Part shown: positions 28,401 through 32,209 of the stretch, piece by piece
Layout of the letters: every line of letters starts with the position of its first letter
Numbering within the stretch: position 1 is the stretch's first letter
Origin: a virus
Length of the DNA stretch: 64,000 nt
Direction: 5' to 3' (one strand)
Virus record (IMG/VR): IMGVR_UViG_3300046522_000512
Location: 20,791-84,790 of that record
The notes under the pieces: generated by a model
What the model saw: the letters and a program-made list of their open reading frames with translations, nothing else
Told to the model about the DNA's origin: nothing
Databases searched by the model: none
Position numbers and translations under genes: made by a program

Positions 28401-28839
28401 GGACGGTGTCCGGGGTCTGGCCGTTGTCACCGCGGTCGTTGGCGGGGTGGTCGGCGCCCTCGGCTGTGTCGTCCTTCGCCGGGTCGTGCGGGCCGTGGCC
28501 AAGCCCGCGGTTCTCATCGCCGTAGCGCCGCTCGTCCTCGTCGCGGACCTTGGACTTGCTCTTGGTCGGCGCGGAGCCGTCCGGGCGGCTGACCATGGTC
28601 AAGCGGGCGGCGTTGATGCGGGAACGCTGGTGGGTGGCCAGGTTCTCCACGAGGACGTCGCGGCCACCGAGCGCGCGCAGGACGCGGGCCATGCCGCCGC
28701 CCCACATGCGGGCGATACCGCCCGTTTCCACGAACCTGCCCTTGGAGTCACGGGGGTGCAGATCCGGGTTCCACGTGCGGCGCAGCCTCTTGGTTTCGAG
28801 GCTGGCGAGGATGCGGTCTACGGCGGTGGTGATCGGCAT
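4408..28839 (-). CDS. Giant (~8143 aa) polyvalent protein: DarB-like N6-adenine methyltransferase + SNF2 helicase, SF1/UvrD-like helicase, repeated beta-barrel domains, degenerate zincin-like C-terminus
   Basis: MTase LEPGSGVG (~24600) and GNVPFG (~24430); SNF2 HEVGAGKT (~22385), VDEAH (~21880), QRNGRVIRQGN (~20735); SF1 ALAGTGKS (~16975), DEAQD (~16390), VGDSNQAIYGFRGA, HKSKGLE, YVAVTRA (~15305); leaderless ATG at 28839 set by the class I promoter. Confidence 0.92.
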   Translation of the reverse strand: MPITTAVDRILASLETKRLRRTWNPDLHPRDSKGRFVETGGIARMWGGGMARVLRALGGRDVLVENLATHQRSRINAARLTMVSRPDGSAPTKSKSKVRDEDERRYGDENRGLGHGPHDPAKDDTAEGADHPANDRGDNGQTPDTVHERDDQGKPIGQDIEGQDLGAGPDDPNHDDDQPLVPQGRVMTNIHDNDGDPLPPRRRGNVAMPSFPDLLPIDRNADDTPHERHVMGNGDALRAAGPPVDDHFHQFWDTSHARRAVRDLSEEYFGDLEGVWPANWHNAKADELYDSLADAGTGFDVRDDKNDQLNPDDVERLSWLADEANQLSEIAHNDGQDEVARYAANLRDALRLAHERFTSHGNEPIPAPRKNRPKSQPLVPRAWRSDGPQKGPGSRGGLPPGEGNTSMPMRPQAARPASALGGKLFKNLDELQAYWRKGNLEPYTQDKAQQERHQRETAALFAKLDRPQLSRGGRFVIAKMTVEKNGQRKTGYAVIVSGSGVRLAMSERKGEAVDFANRLEAAQLGDKPFDWDSPGYHQRLESPEGQEMVRQASVEAKKVFADKAAKKREGAAARNTPAPATPAVLPPAPAPAVPAAPAAPTERPNPLVQAAQSIADTSGIPRQNIAVGHVGPSGNNGDDKVGFRKPGNTGELREYWKNGGAPGLDRVYSDGVRAMAGNPKWNVTMANHFGFAIVQRGPHRFDVHRAYDGRALGWSGGAGQGFKSWEDASQFAMQVGRGVRESSNPDQEVDWWDPKLGPRERHRVGVWSRAFGNQMDDQRGQWDIAHGAPESHAANEYRKRQEQQNKPAPAPAATPAAAAPSAPQATPEGDFPNNGDEVNSPDGVGSVMAVNRDSGSVLVRAERGTRSHALKDITRPDGTPYAGDRTNTPNPDAPQAKPEQRDWSQVSREDLDAAFAKADQDWSDTLSSGDQAKRARAQAEKTAILAEAQRRDGQAYAQQLSRVQLGAHNESGHRPAAVDGGNQDDATLQGSAGRWTWNRLGHGTRYSSKKPFLTEEAALADLVREHDTDHAPAPAPEAAPQPAPNADQGPSLADMAATTAAGNHIVEALDVAEQQLGPVINSLTELRGAPAAHDLAAPAGDAVDALKRGDITPSEAIQQFQGALDGMQRALRGRGGANHAHAAEFLRLARENVSVARQALSEQHKRSNDSVVRGSRSDVLEDVPAAGSGSVPDGQGVRGVRPGAVGRDRAADRGTDGGVGSSAAGGHGRGGAGSRAEVGPDAGPGTGAARHGVRDAEGSGNGDEGHAAGGAASAPVAFGTPEQQATAPAYEPPADGKTLVPSSPVNRAKANIAAIEILRRLQDENRPATGAEQQELARYSGWGAVPQIFKPQPDAQFQPLAKRLRELLSDAEWADASANTLNAHYTDPQIVQQMWAALTDLGFDAGSVLEPGSGVGNFIGYAPDGTHMTGVEVDSITAGIAKALYPHAEVRHESFGDTRAPNGTFDAAVGNVPFGRYKVPDLVHNKGGHSIHNHFILKSLDLTRGGGLVAVVTSSLTMDGHGGRSEAARMEMAEKGELVGAIRLPSGAHQRTAGTSVMTDLLIFRRRDKSKSFTSGRNRKGEIKRPSERTQNDPPMWVHSLPTYALPGQTPPKPGTPPDQVEPPVFYNSYFHDNPQQILGKLAVGHGMHRDNELRVDGDGKTIANLERALKRTVEEAKAAGLAYKPDTEGRSKVTLLPPGSSRVDGHVQAEPDGSFTQVRDGMVHPFPVFKTQANEARQLLAIRDTFQSLLAEENRKDADESLIERLREALNKQYDAYHSKFGAINRFTWSKRTAIDPDTGEKVEKTYRKKAARGGLFTNDPTMSNITPLDEFDDTTRKTTKAPIFSKRLGTYREIAKYADDPQDALAIVLETDGRLTADGLARVMRTDADTAIARLLTARSVDSDTGVEYPMAFQAPDGELVTAADYLSGNVRTKLDEARRAAADDSRYDLNVEHLERVVPPDLSTGEIAAPMGASWIGREPVEQFLRETLGDQRITVSWQGGALWAVDAPDGAKKSIAERTAHTWSAKGYTALEIAEAILTNRKIVVTKKEGHGENAKSVYDKDATEDAQAKATLLREAFTDWLWADPDRAEKHKRFYNDNFNSMAPRSYDGQRRTIPGLVEWFDPHPHQHAAVARMVNEPSVLLAHEVGAGKTAEMAMGVMELRRLGLVKKAAMVVPGHMLEQFRHEFAEIFPESVANNRILTASSEDLAGKGRREFIARAAAGDYDAIILTQTAFESIQMRPEIQEDYIGRRVERLREKILRQKDADGEGNDTRLVKRMEASLKSLEEKLDKKLSGLKDAAGLHFEDMGVDYLVVDEAHMYKNLDTPSSVAAIDGSNRASDLEMKLEWLRKRSDTGRVVTFATATPVANSIAEVHTMMRYLRPDLLEELGMLDFDDFASTFAQMVSAVERSPDGSYKEKTRLAAFQNVPELLRLWRSFADVKTAEDLDLPVPGIVGGKAVTITMPMSPAQEEYEVLLRARAARLEGGNVDPKEDNHLKLLGDGRMAALDPRLLDPSLGGGNKLPTVADNVVRIYGETKDAVFPTSKTDATPHDTPGGLQIVFLDLGTPKDPGRSKKRKKKAGSGTDADEMDASLTDDGSESLSRDDEETYTDFSTYDELKSLLIARGIPAEQIRFIHEAKDDAAKARLFNDARSGKISVLLGSTAKMGTGTNVQLRAVALHHVDAPWRPADVDQRNGRVIRQGNANDEVAIFQYATERSTDAKFWEAIARKAKFIRALMRGSLSERVVEDIGPVNFDADEVSALTAGDPHLIAQAQLKPLVNRLRGRFNAYRRSQEGFKEAIRDSAQAEEWTKQYVAQLQQAVEKRKPTRGDDFNATIGTTDFEGGDARDDARNALNTALRAVYADGMRRPYDENAAGIPIGRVGGLEVTARFVRTRSIGNQWYNTVRVDLPQVPGAWQDYEDHELIDHDGKPRTLPLSRIENSIANIDERIKRAEHRRADKKRAAEQAAGRIGKPFELATVFEESTRQLDLLNEIMRLKAQPTVTEEDTAKRNKQIAALDAELRAMSNDQEDVLAQVAARDVNLVPKTPAPPAISQDDKGRVKWIWPTTEARDAARAKKLAAKREAFLARTSSSAQAAPAQPDALGMNNADLKEETDTLAERIAKGEASDKDVVRHAGLEREQQRREKNRAARAAAEQSSTPSGQNSGETVTLDPQKVRADLAEISPAADRTGAEPEGQDAPKETPASQPEAEPSLTTAQARALESALNSGLGPDGQQIEAHPNVIRRLLRLGYADERSKPRVGGGSIKYYVMTPEGERRARALRDEREQARTARLAALDAADEAPQERNSQTPQASGTPGTGPQPPSPRPAPQAPAAPRPAPKPADTVRPFANEREWRAGITGVEGAQGQVTSAAETTWGRDMPAPARSLRDNVFQAIAAQESGDTEDTAASLAGAREDAQRLRNRLTDTDRQGMEAPLDNFMRVTDDYLARHAVTVEKRRREDAQRDRIEREAQEQFRRSLTGTPAPAPETPAKGSDAPSTGRAWQDGDFQPGDTVAFSNRNAMNMQQSGEFVRSANQDTAVLRGRNGAEREVPYIDIMGRTRDGVFEENPPAAGTPTTPLPQPTPSADDGKQFESGDKVHYWYDESGPAQRKLGTVVETTDDGVVVDGPAGDRETIPFNRVTKAPERQRSADAPQPAPASSDLPMSALFAKNKATSRHALDSLKAGYQEQFGDEPRDRVGQLSNELFTFLDQQWGEAAGGVFGPASETALHLADALHDQEMTPEERSGRFGAQVADVQRELRHRRDVIARQQGAPDSAGKAPRPSAPSDARPVPATPPADMDGDQIGEEIDTLDEQIAPLQDATDSVDLAYRLRLEQRRFELEEEERRRWSPTPEYGEDGKVIPRKRGDVIRDRLAGYGLNDAETTGLVHRVEDLPAAKAGGYSDEEWARIDTAAAANEAYPPTEEQGIIIEGAARRGLNMAVMALAGTGKSSTLKMLSHRMPGKKIVYLAFNRSVANEAREAQARGEYAKNLTASTANGYAAKVADKRLNNRLPNHKAGGFKKLSAQQIADRMRWYDTVKAGDRDLAPGGAATVAELMIKTWAKSSDAEMGPQHITGAKTAQEARDLFDAVKPLADRMWANLSDPTKGDAGQDLPMDFDYIVKMWAVGGFKIDADTLYWDEAQDVNPVMEGVVRAAIDQGVQVVAVGDSNQAIYGFRGASDALSKLPVDARATLTQSFRFGPAVANVGNRFLRLLGTRMRLKGFDRKDSRLGNIKPGDETMVIARTNAGVALAAVEALAAGRTIAVSGGVKDLQEFVTAARALANGERTSHAELARFNGKSYEDILDEVNSDPELQQLKSLFALLDKHPDEIDKLMESGAQAADTENVGGRVWVTLDWNDPKVDQLKRWLGDAKTNGVGKLLYDRESRRYYYEPGKRTESFTKNGRTINYQVDNKLSLEDAKAKIDAHLAKLYPQEDTGGGRLVDEKKPHDLLVTTAHKSKGLESEKVRIADDFRGPEYDDNGHIKWDTVPEDEDLRVAYVAVTRATDVLDAGSLGWVFEAVNDGDPTQPPTGEYRRDWVLDDFKPGDRINFQEEDGTPQVGEVARLDGPGLIARYDVDGQQREQYIGTAQVQRRNGQDRPQLPVASEDELNQAVAEGRYPEASGGAPAKLDAGKVRDELAALKNDQPSPETTEPRKEANTGSPAAPDPATGIITGDQVPPGPDATAADKEAYRRRFDIRYQVGYYVDYRNDDGETVTARVVNTRGNPILRDDAGHEFRADPNWYADHFIAVRKDDGSALPRPAWADTLPDGFRAVPPNEIQPGHVIREGSSSDKLWGSRFVMAKTVDEDGRTTLYTAQLATQGGGGLGLDPRQLVVLDETEESRQLAEEALHRRDVKESAKLQGLTLPTELPAGPNRQAQEGSTAREWHNGDTAVTPNGEGRVILAEDGKVVVLDGGGAPRTYEPRQLSMPGEARTAEHNAPTAQEAARGEKRQQDLESAQTPEGLGLFYGARLANLDLEEGHGQVLDEDGNVVGWIRRRGTVWHGQDARGGQTGGGTAQSASDPLYGPREAAQAVDSNRRDNGMRVALKDTAWRHLRPEEGRDTVQYSELSDAQREEFFKLAKEWAKSSDHELSEAAKHWGQGGLNYRQMNRLAEEATATADSVDASTPEGRRRQAVLQRLADKIRAQASRAWHSWQTMPPPGEPDVPRDVDAPDWVPYGHRETSKTDAPVKLDAAQVRTELADLNGSDSSPAADGDPGKASPEPEADGETIDADQARINDYVRVEVSDTLDRTRVHEGYLLANPRKGKGHRPRHGDFDAWILYIGNGPNQSPGRGNQVDIPADQKIQRLPAPEAPALGPVDIDSVKPGQYIRATVPDADGNEVTREGYVVSAAARRDGPRRDDPVMSWQVHIADTPHAVHAWDDVIEVPAGHEVERMSPPGPVPELEIPDVPGLDLSEYTRPDQKEVDEYRKWAGVWANPAPDGPRNALLDRVKNMPGPASRPLSPKAAPRWIGDAGDAFPLDQFDENTRHLLAQYDGDQRDFLAGHAASMREATQRLAGEFRAASREIMIPRIATRSGMKDAAEKLGALWAGDSERSRQVVLDQIAAAVADADRHGLTEQQVKDFLVGVAGGDDPEQRANGLTGAFPEVGRSLSSASDDVKAYYAGFHAWRGQNDDQSFSGYHHYNNRRSALGGEYLPVADPRTGDGQFIVGEAELPDGMRWTRLQNLKPGDLYRPARGYYAKDNRFDGLDAAHVVVNLHADGKEGRPRTTSLSTGSHTEHPGDWVVHLTAPEPALRKKANAKLRDKWVKKENEDDARKWEAAQAISRRPDGEAADVASLQEGERLRVRGSNEFIGGIYVAEGDLLEPPERAQMWRGGSQVDGWRLLLSTHGHAGDHIYVADGESDEWAERLSRDTNAPETGASGTNAPETGESQTNEPGTDEPKPDESGDGEPKPDESENNDDRDRRRRRRNQLGNGAPNGGGGGLPGGLGMGLPNFPDSSTPSTGSGRGRGDGSGRTPAGTGQADNANPAAGLPDEFAALRQRYDGDMVPASEIQVGDWVHIVGADQMYNEPKHLVGRVLHTRQFNGGVRIEVESRDPLKGGDAVQRESAALYDGELAERLPEGNPGREDTSDLKRRMETWEERASASRVPVPEGWQAVDGSRIQPRIGDRFRIVARQDGKRTQHMNVVVERSNDWQGDGYWKVKNQARRFHPSDIVAIPEGADVQYRTDVPEPAESTPQRPERTPSVPDISDEPRAEIVNPNEPQRGDRVRVETQNTAGSKVTREGFLLAPARSVTATRDGERLKAWRLHLSDNPDAKPNVRNGVTILADDKVARLPDTDAPAAGGADVPREGGATPVGGQDGASSSNAPSAGGSDAPGAGDGQGAAPTGDAPAPTSQYGINAAHGEGRRAGTVDGRRIPTHDELRQYQTGENGIISEEGERALFGSPERIQELAAQGFTPSPKLVSDHGREEVWRNGRLIGSVRAPHTTGFYMTPPEERWEGEMPLGNHYHNGTFSTRDAAIAHLVLRDMEQGEPDLSIVHPDIAWDFRGSNLSLGFPPEEEGLRGLESLNDNPADMERYRKIRALADALGRGETISGNVADDLDHLHDELRWLDATHYKYQPADLKHKHILGPGWLADEIRDYLDVLRPEDPRAMHHEISKARASKQFLDDLVDEGGKDRAESVPVTDLRAGDIVDLDGRITNRYPGATTRRTGYVVGEPRPASITINKKRQKAVRIHVASSVVGAHQLAGDTFVIPVGDNAQRLMSADDVNLPVEEYRYGRQVGEAPEVAPQRATSSGDNTPAPAEERPAAAPNTPAPAPAPVPAEERPAPAKETPAPAPAKETPAPAPAKETPAPAPAEDRPAPAAKTPAPAKERPAPAEETPKPSADKAEPERPAVPEPVHGRPAEWVKVSDIRQGDVVRIDGITKGGTARTLAGYVMDGPTEVPTVRARRVQDMVRVLIAETPDGSTKRESVWVKPDATAARATREIGDEATTVQTGADSDVLTGRVADRVATDGGGNGLFPGSVVTDDDGREGVVVGANSAGVRVQFGDDRTDDAHEPSTLNVIDGGAARPSGWTTDGHRVNVGNWVSDRDGNMLGTVEELDGDTATVATTEGMKPMPVTDLRVIGDTDNNGQDGTPAAQRRKEPITSREPAPTVEPVTGPTVDPELAPEERDAVADRGTAPGDAPEAQQGAARIARDLPVTPEQAAAIAEGLRQNADPSTAEGRAAKRAADRLDQAAGQTGTSNDDGGMTTEARYLSTGDVIVAPVNGEPSRLLVVEGIRSEDGKTVNLLLANADGRFISDSVGARAPFRPLPYDSALEGGGVADQADRRIVKATELKPGDHLVFGTGANGSDWFTRKVQSVSVGDKQVTVELEGLAGRPSTTRTFQILGGSLAESVSVMDRERPAAAWFAANQRRLTGEADAPNPDADSAPAGRPEPGTVGSVGVGDTIALPDETNPDEMASYRVTDVQDAPGGLRVLTVEDGNGQRSERTMAAGDPLYQLPEPQVPADDDAEARDPNAGLDTAAFTADYGDLVARAVVDAAVEGTQTPGSIHQLREQIAAKVTAGALRSAMRRVQRDAQAVVDGSGITGDERERLLAELRRMAMRSRIDAVQAAVQTLDDLEPLDGESPEDTAARAADLLRLIPESLRNRSESDEPDLDTGVGDGDGSADGEATPEPDAGAGSPVDDEVQGHVDGAVGEALRDADTGLLTPERRAAIVARLAQRMADSRDGAAQRIAAQLPEGERPGMLARITAALVQIARRVVELVAAFLKGLAAAVAYPFKAINRFRKGLVRRVRSWPETRRLRRIAAAARSLPRHGDGMSLADQVAHWARLLPAPGHFGQVSRRRRWYRLATRSSLAAGQLPGVQDGTGWTMDRAADRGPGRHALRHLAAVRAAGTDVDADVVARLMAAAPELGDDPHGTVRHARRYQDRAEARVRNLRAVAAGQGAPDLGPEIAAAQVEAQHARQEADRLHQAYTAALPGAVRDTLAQVREMGPGGRNRLTLSHSSDPAAARALADAAGYVPREWLADRTARFVTAVDGDAGSYDADSGTATVADLGDGGRGTAVNALVAHLQRSYPDLLAAQEVFGFTRTHTGRPGARRSTLDALLERLFGGRAEDVTDDQIVARGLATMFSGDWYRDDDLRAFLLGLLATR
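8200..8500 (-). repeat. Tandem 27-bp-type repeats encoding PAPAPAKET/EERPAPA linker
   Basis: Repeated ggggccggggtctccttggccggagcc units. Confidence 0.85.
25011..25337 (-). CDS. Nested out-of-frame gene within the giant ORF (TnpV-like small helical protein)
   Basis: AGAGGAG RBS 8 nt before GTG (ATG-ACA-GTG); globular composition; the host frame here is G/R/A-rich low complexity. Confidence 0.65.
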   Translation of the reverse strand: MTVSYVDLVRTFWKTYRPLEVDRFPTDKAFEEFARERSDEIVQQIEELTEEWAPPLQEGTDAVARARELKSVRMRARERVLHDMVYGMPKDPGTETKDMPRVELPQLP

Positions 28840-28846
28840 GCGGCGG

Positions 28847-28877
28847 ACCATGCACACCGGGGATGGTTAACGTCGCG
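28847..28877 (-). promoter_or_regulatory. Class I (late-type) promoter of the giant gene
   Basis: CGCGACGTTAA-N14-CATGGT-N7-ATG; one of 8 copies. Confidence 0.75.
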
Positions 28878-28910
28878 GGCTCGAATTTTGCGGCCCGCGA
28901 CGCGGCCGGA

Positions 28911-29126
28911 CTACATCGTCTCCGTCAGGATGTGGAGGAGGAACCAGCCCGAGAAGCCCGTCCAGGCGAGGGTGAAGGCGGCTCTTCCGAGCTTCGAGGT
29001 ACGGACGTGGAAGAGCCGTCGGACGTTCTCGCTGAGGGTGTCCTCGTCCTTGCGGTTGATGAGCGCCCACGTCTCGTAGAGGGCGAACGCTGAGGTCCAT
29101 GCAGACCAGATGAGCCAACTGTTCAT
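28911..29126 (-). CDS. 71-aa membrane protein
   Basis: GGAG RBS; MNSWLIWSAW...DTLSENVRRLF...FLLHIL with two hydrophobic segments. Confidence 0.7.
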   Translation of the reverse strand: MNSWLIWSAWTSAFALYETWALINRKDEDTLSENVRRLFHVRTSKLGRAAFTLAWTGFSGWFLLHILTETM

Positions 29127-29749
29127 GACGTCGTCTCCATTGCTGAGGAGGGCAGGGGGCGGGGGCCGGTGCCGTCGTACGGGGCGGCGAGACCGGCATT
29201 GATCAGGGCGCGATTGAGCTCGTGGCCGTAGGGGGTCGCGATGGTGGCGAGGTAGCGGCCGTACTTCTCGCGGCGCTCGGTGTCGACGGTGAACGCGGGC
29301 CCGTGCGCGGCGACCCACTCGCGGACCCAGTCGGCGGCGTGCTTCCCGGCGTCGGTGTTCTTCTCGGCGGTGTTGATGCCGAGGAGCCGGACGCGTTCGA
29401 AGGCGCGGAGCTCGAACCCGAGGTCGATGGCGAGGTCGAGGGTGTCTCCGTCGATGACGCGGGTGATGCTCGCGCTGTAGGTGTGCGGGGCCGGGGCGTC
29501 GGTCAGGGTCGCGAGGTAGCGGCCCTTGGTGTCGCGGGTGGTCTGGACGGTGAGCGGCCCGCCGCTGGCCTTCAGGTGTGCGCGGGCCCACGCGGCGGCC
29601 TTCTTCGGGTCGTCGGTGGTCGTGTCCGCGGTCGCCACGGCGGTCAGGCGGACGCGTTGGGCCAGGTGCAGGTCGAACCCGAGGTCGATGTCGAGGTCGA
29701 GGGCGCCCGCGCGGCCGATGCTGAGGAGGGTGGTGCGGTAGGTGTGCAT
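29123..29749 (-). CDS. Thermonuclease (SNase) family protein with a degenerate N-terminal duplicate domain
   Basis: RVIDGDT, RVRLLGINTAE, EKYGRYLA, LNRALINAGLA; start overlaps the portal stop. Confidence 0.88.
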   Translation of the reverse strand: MHTYRTTLLSIGRAGALDLDIDLGFDLHLAQRVRLTAVATADTTTDDPKKAAAWARAHLKASGGPLTVQTTRDTKGRYLATLTDAPAPHTYSASITRVIDGDTLDLAIDLGFELRAFERVRLLGINTAEKNTDAGKHAADWVREWVAAHGPAFTVDTERREKYGRYLATIATPYGHELNRALINAGLAAPYDGTGPRPLPSSAMETTS

Positions 29750-32208
29750 CACAGGTCGCCGCTTTCGGTGGTGCGGTAGCGCAAGCGGCACCGGCAGTTG
29801 ATCGTCAGGTGGAGGGGGGCGAGCTGATCGCCGGGGAAGCGCATGGCGAAGCCGCCGACGTCGTACGGCTTGCCGACGGGCAGGGTGGTGCCGTCTACGG
29901 CCTGGTGGGCGGCGCGTACGCGGTCGTCGCGGCGGGTGACCCAGGTGCGTTCGATGCCGGGGCTGATCGCCGCGGCGGTGGCTTCCGCGGTGCCGTTGAC
30001 GGTGGCGACGGCCGCCATCTCCGCCATCCCGGACGCGGTCTGTGCGGCCTGGTCGCCGAACGCGGTGCGTACGAGCGCGACCAGGTCGTCTATGTCGTCG
30101 GTGACGTCCTGCGCCTGAGTCAGCAGGGTTGCCGCGCTGTCCAGGAAGCCGCGGGCGATGTCCTCGGCGGCCGCCACGGCGTCGAGGACCGCGGCGGTGA
30201 TGCGCTGCGAGGCCTCCGCCGGTACCCGCGGGGCGCCGAATGCGGCCATGGTGCGATCCGCTGTGGCGGCTGCGACCCGGGCGAGGATCCGGGCGAGGGT
30301 TCCGGTGACCTCGTCGAGCCACCGGTCGGCGCCGATGACCCGGGTCACGTCGAGTGCCGTGTCCCCGCCGCGCCGGTCCTCGGGGCCTGTCGGCTTCCAG
30401 AACTTGGTGCCCTTGCGGGCCTTGGGGGAGCGCAGCCGGGCGGTGACGACGCCTTCCTGCCGGGCGAACAGTGACTCCAGTGCGAGCGCTATCGCCTCTT
30501 GCGCCCGGTCGTAGTCGTCGTCTGTGACCTCGTACGAGGGCCGGTCGACGACCTTGAAGGGGAGGGCCTTCGTCTGGATGCCGCGGGCTTCGTCGACGGC
30601 GGCCGCGGCCGGGCCGGGCTCGGCTTGTACGTCCTGCCCCATGCGGGCTTCTGCGACTGCTGCGGCGGCCTCCCCGGGGCCGGCGGGCAGGTCTTGACCC
30701 ATGCGGGCGTCGGCGACGGCCGCAGCCGCCGCACCACTGCCGTCCAGCGCGGGAGTGCCGGCGGGCTGTCCGCCGTCGGCGCGGGCCTGCGCCACCGCGT
30801 CGGCTGCCGCCCCGTTGCCGCCGGGCTGCGCCGACGGGTCGATGGGTGCGTTCGGGCCGCCGGGCGGCATGCCGGGGACGGCTTGGGAGCCGCCGCCCTG
30901 GATGCCGAGCGCCGCGGCGTCGGAGGGGAGCAGCGGGACGGGGGCCTTCTGCGGGGAGATCCACAGGGCTCGGGAGTGGGGGTTGTTGAACGGGGTGAGT
31001 CCGGCGCGGCGCCGGTACTCGTCGATGGAGATGAGTCCCTTGTCGAACTCCTCGCGGGCCTCCTGGCGGCGCTTGCGGCGGGGGAGTTCGAGGGCCTGGA
31101 CGGTGGAGGTGTTGTAGCGAATCCCCAGGTCGTCTCCGCCGAGGTCTCCGGCGAACGCGTCGGAGATGAGCGCCAGGTGGCCGAGCTCGGTGTGGACCCA
31201 GAACCCGTACTCTTCCTGCTCCGCGTTGTCGAAGGTGCGGCCCGACGCGTTGCCGGTGACGGACTCCGGGACGCCGAACGCCCCAAGGATCTCGATCTTG
31301 GAGTTCATCGCGGCGTGCTCGTAGGCCATCTCGCGCGGCCGGGCCGCCAAGTCGACGTAGTTCATGCCGCCGGGGCCCGCGCCGACCACGGACACGTGCC
31401 CGGCGAACTCCGAGCCGGGCAGGAACCGGGCCTCAAGGCGGTCCATGTCCTTGTCGGACAGGCTGCTCGTGTCGACGGCGACGATGCCGCCGGGCCTCGC
31501 GTCGTTCTTTATGAACGCCACGTTGTACAGCCGGGACAGGTGGTCGAGTTCGATGCTGATGCCCGCGGCTTCGAGCGGTGTCTGCCCGGAGAACGGGTCG
31601 GTGGGATGCGGCTCGCGGATCCAGCGGACCCGCTCCGGTTCGAGTTCGCGGACGTGCCCGAACAGGGTCGTGAACTGGAAGTGCTTGATGTACTCGCCCT
31701 TGTCGTCCGGGATGGGGATGACCCGGTCGGGCGGAAGGAGGTCGAGGCGGGTGATGGTGCCGCGGTTGGACCGGGTCACCTCAACGAACGCACCCCGCTT
31801 GGACAGCAGGATCTGGGCGGAGAGCCGCTTTCGGAACTGCGACCCGCTCTCCAGCGGGTTGGCCTTGGGCCCGTTCAGGAGCCGCAGGAGCGGATGGTCG
31901 TCGATGACCTCCTCGAACTCGCCGTCTTCGGTGAGGCCGCGCCCGATCTCCAAGGGGAGGCGGGCGGCGTGCTTGCCCATGGTGTCGATCGCCTTGTAGA
32001 CCCAGACGACGCGCTCATACCCCTCGGTGACGACGCGCCCGAGATCCCAGCCGTCGGCGCGGCCCTCGGTCCCCCACACGTTGCTCGTACCGGCGTACTG
32101 GGTGGAGGTGTAGCCGCCCGTCCACGCGATCGTTTTCGACTCGGCGGGCTGTAGGGCCTGGTTGGCAATCAGGTTTCGCAGAGCTGGTAGCCAGCGGCGT
32201 CGGGCCAT
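29749..32208 (-). CDS. Phage portal protein fused to a MuF/minor head domain
   Basis: HK97-like portal motifs (PNPLESG-like, NDARPGG, AFGVP); C-terminal WVTRRDDRVRAAH...PGD...INCRC. Confidence 0.9.
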   Translation of the reverse strand: MARRRWLPALRNLIANQALQPAESKTIAWTGGYTSTQYAGTSNVWGTEGRADGWDLGRVVTEGYERVVWVYKAIDTMGKHAARLPLEIGRGLTEDGEFEEVIDDHPLLRLLNGPKANPLESGSQFRKRLSAQILLSKRGAFVEVTRSNRGTITRLDLLPPDRVIPIPDDKGEYIKHFQFTTLFGHVRELEPERVRWIREPHPTDPFSGQTPLEAAGISIELDHLSRLYNVAFIKNDARPGGIVAVDTSSLSDKDMDRLEARFLPGSEFAGHVSVVGAGPGGMNYVDLAARPREMAYEHAAMNSKIEILGAFGVPESVTGNASGRTFDNAEQEEYGFWVHTELGHLALISDAFAGDLGGDDLGIRYNTSTVQALELPRRKRRQEAREEFDKGLISIDEYRRRAGLTPFNNPHSRALWISPQKAPVPLLPSDAAALGIQGGGSQAVPGMPPGGPNAPIDPSAQPGGNGAAADAVAQARADGGQPAGTPALDGSGAAAAAVADARMGQDLPAGPGEAAAAVAEARMGQDVQAEPGPAAAAVDEARGIQTKALPFKVVDRPSYEVTDDDYDRAQEAIALALESLFARQEGVVTARLRSPKARKGTKFWKPTGPEDRRGGDTALDVTRVIGADRWLDEVTGTLARILARVAAATADRTMAAFGAPRVPAEASQRITAAVLDAVAAAEDIARGFLDSAATLLTQAQDVTDDIDDLVALVRTAFGDQAAQTASGMAEMAAVATVNGTAEATAAAISPGIERTWVTRRDDRVRAAHQAVDGTTLPVGKPYDVGGFAMRFPGDQLAPLHLTINCRCRLRYRTTESGDL

Positions 32209-32209
32209 G

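Noticed and set aside
28840-28857. ORF-track start (MCMVRR) for the giant gene
   Set aside because: It overlaps the promoter -10 element; ATG at 28839 fits the leaderless spacing
4393-29079. Very long + strand ORFs (1726, 709, 3837, 1345 aa) and 285..2393
   Set aside because: Antisense shadows of high-GC3 genes; V/G/R-rich with no motifs
29750-30964. 613-aa ORF extending the thermonuclease upstream
   Set aside because: The extension is an off-frame reading of the portal gene; the real start is at 29749
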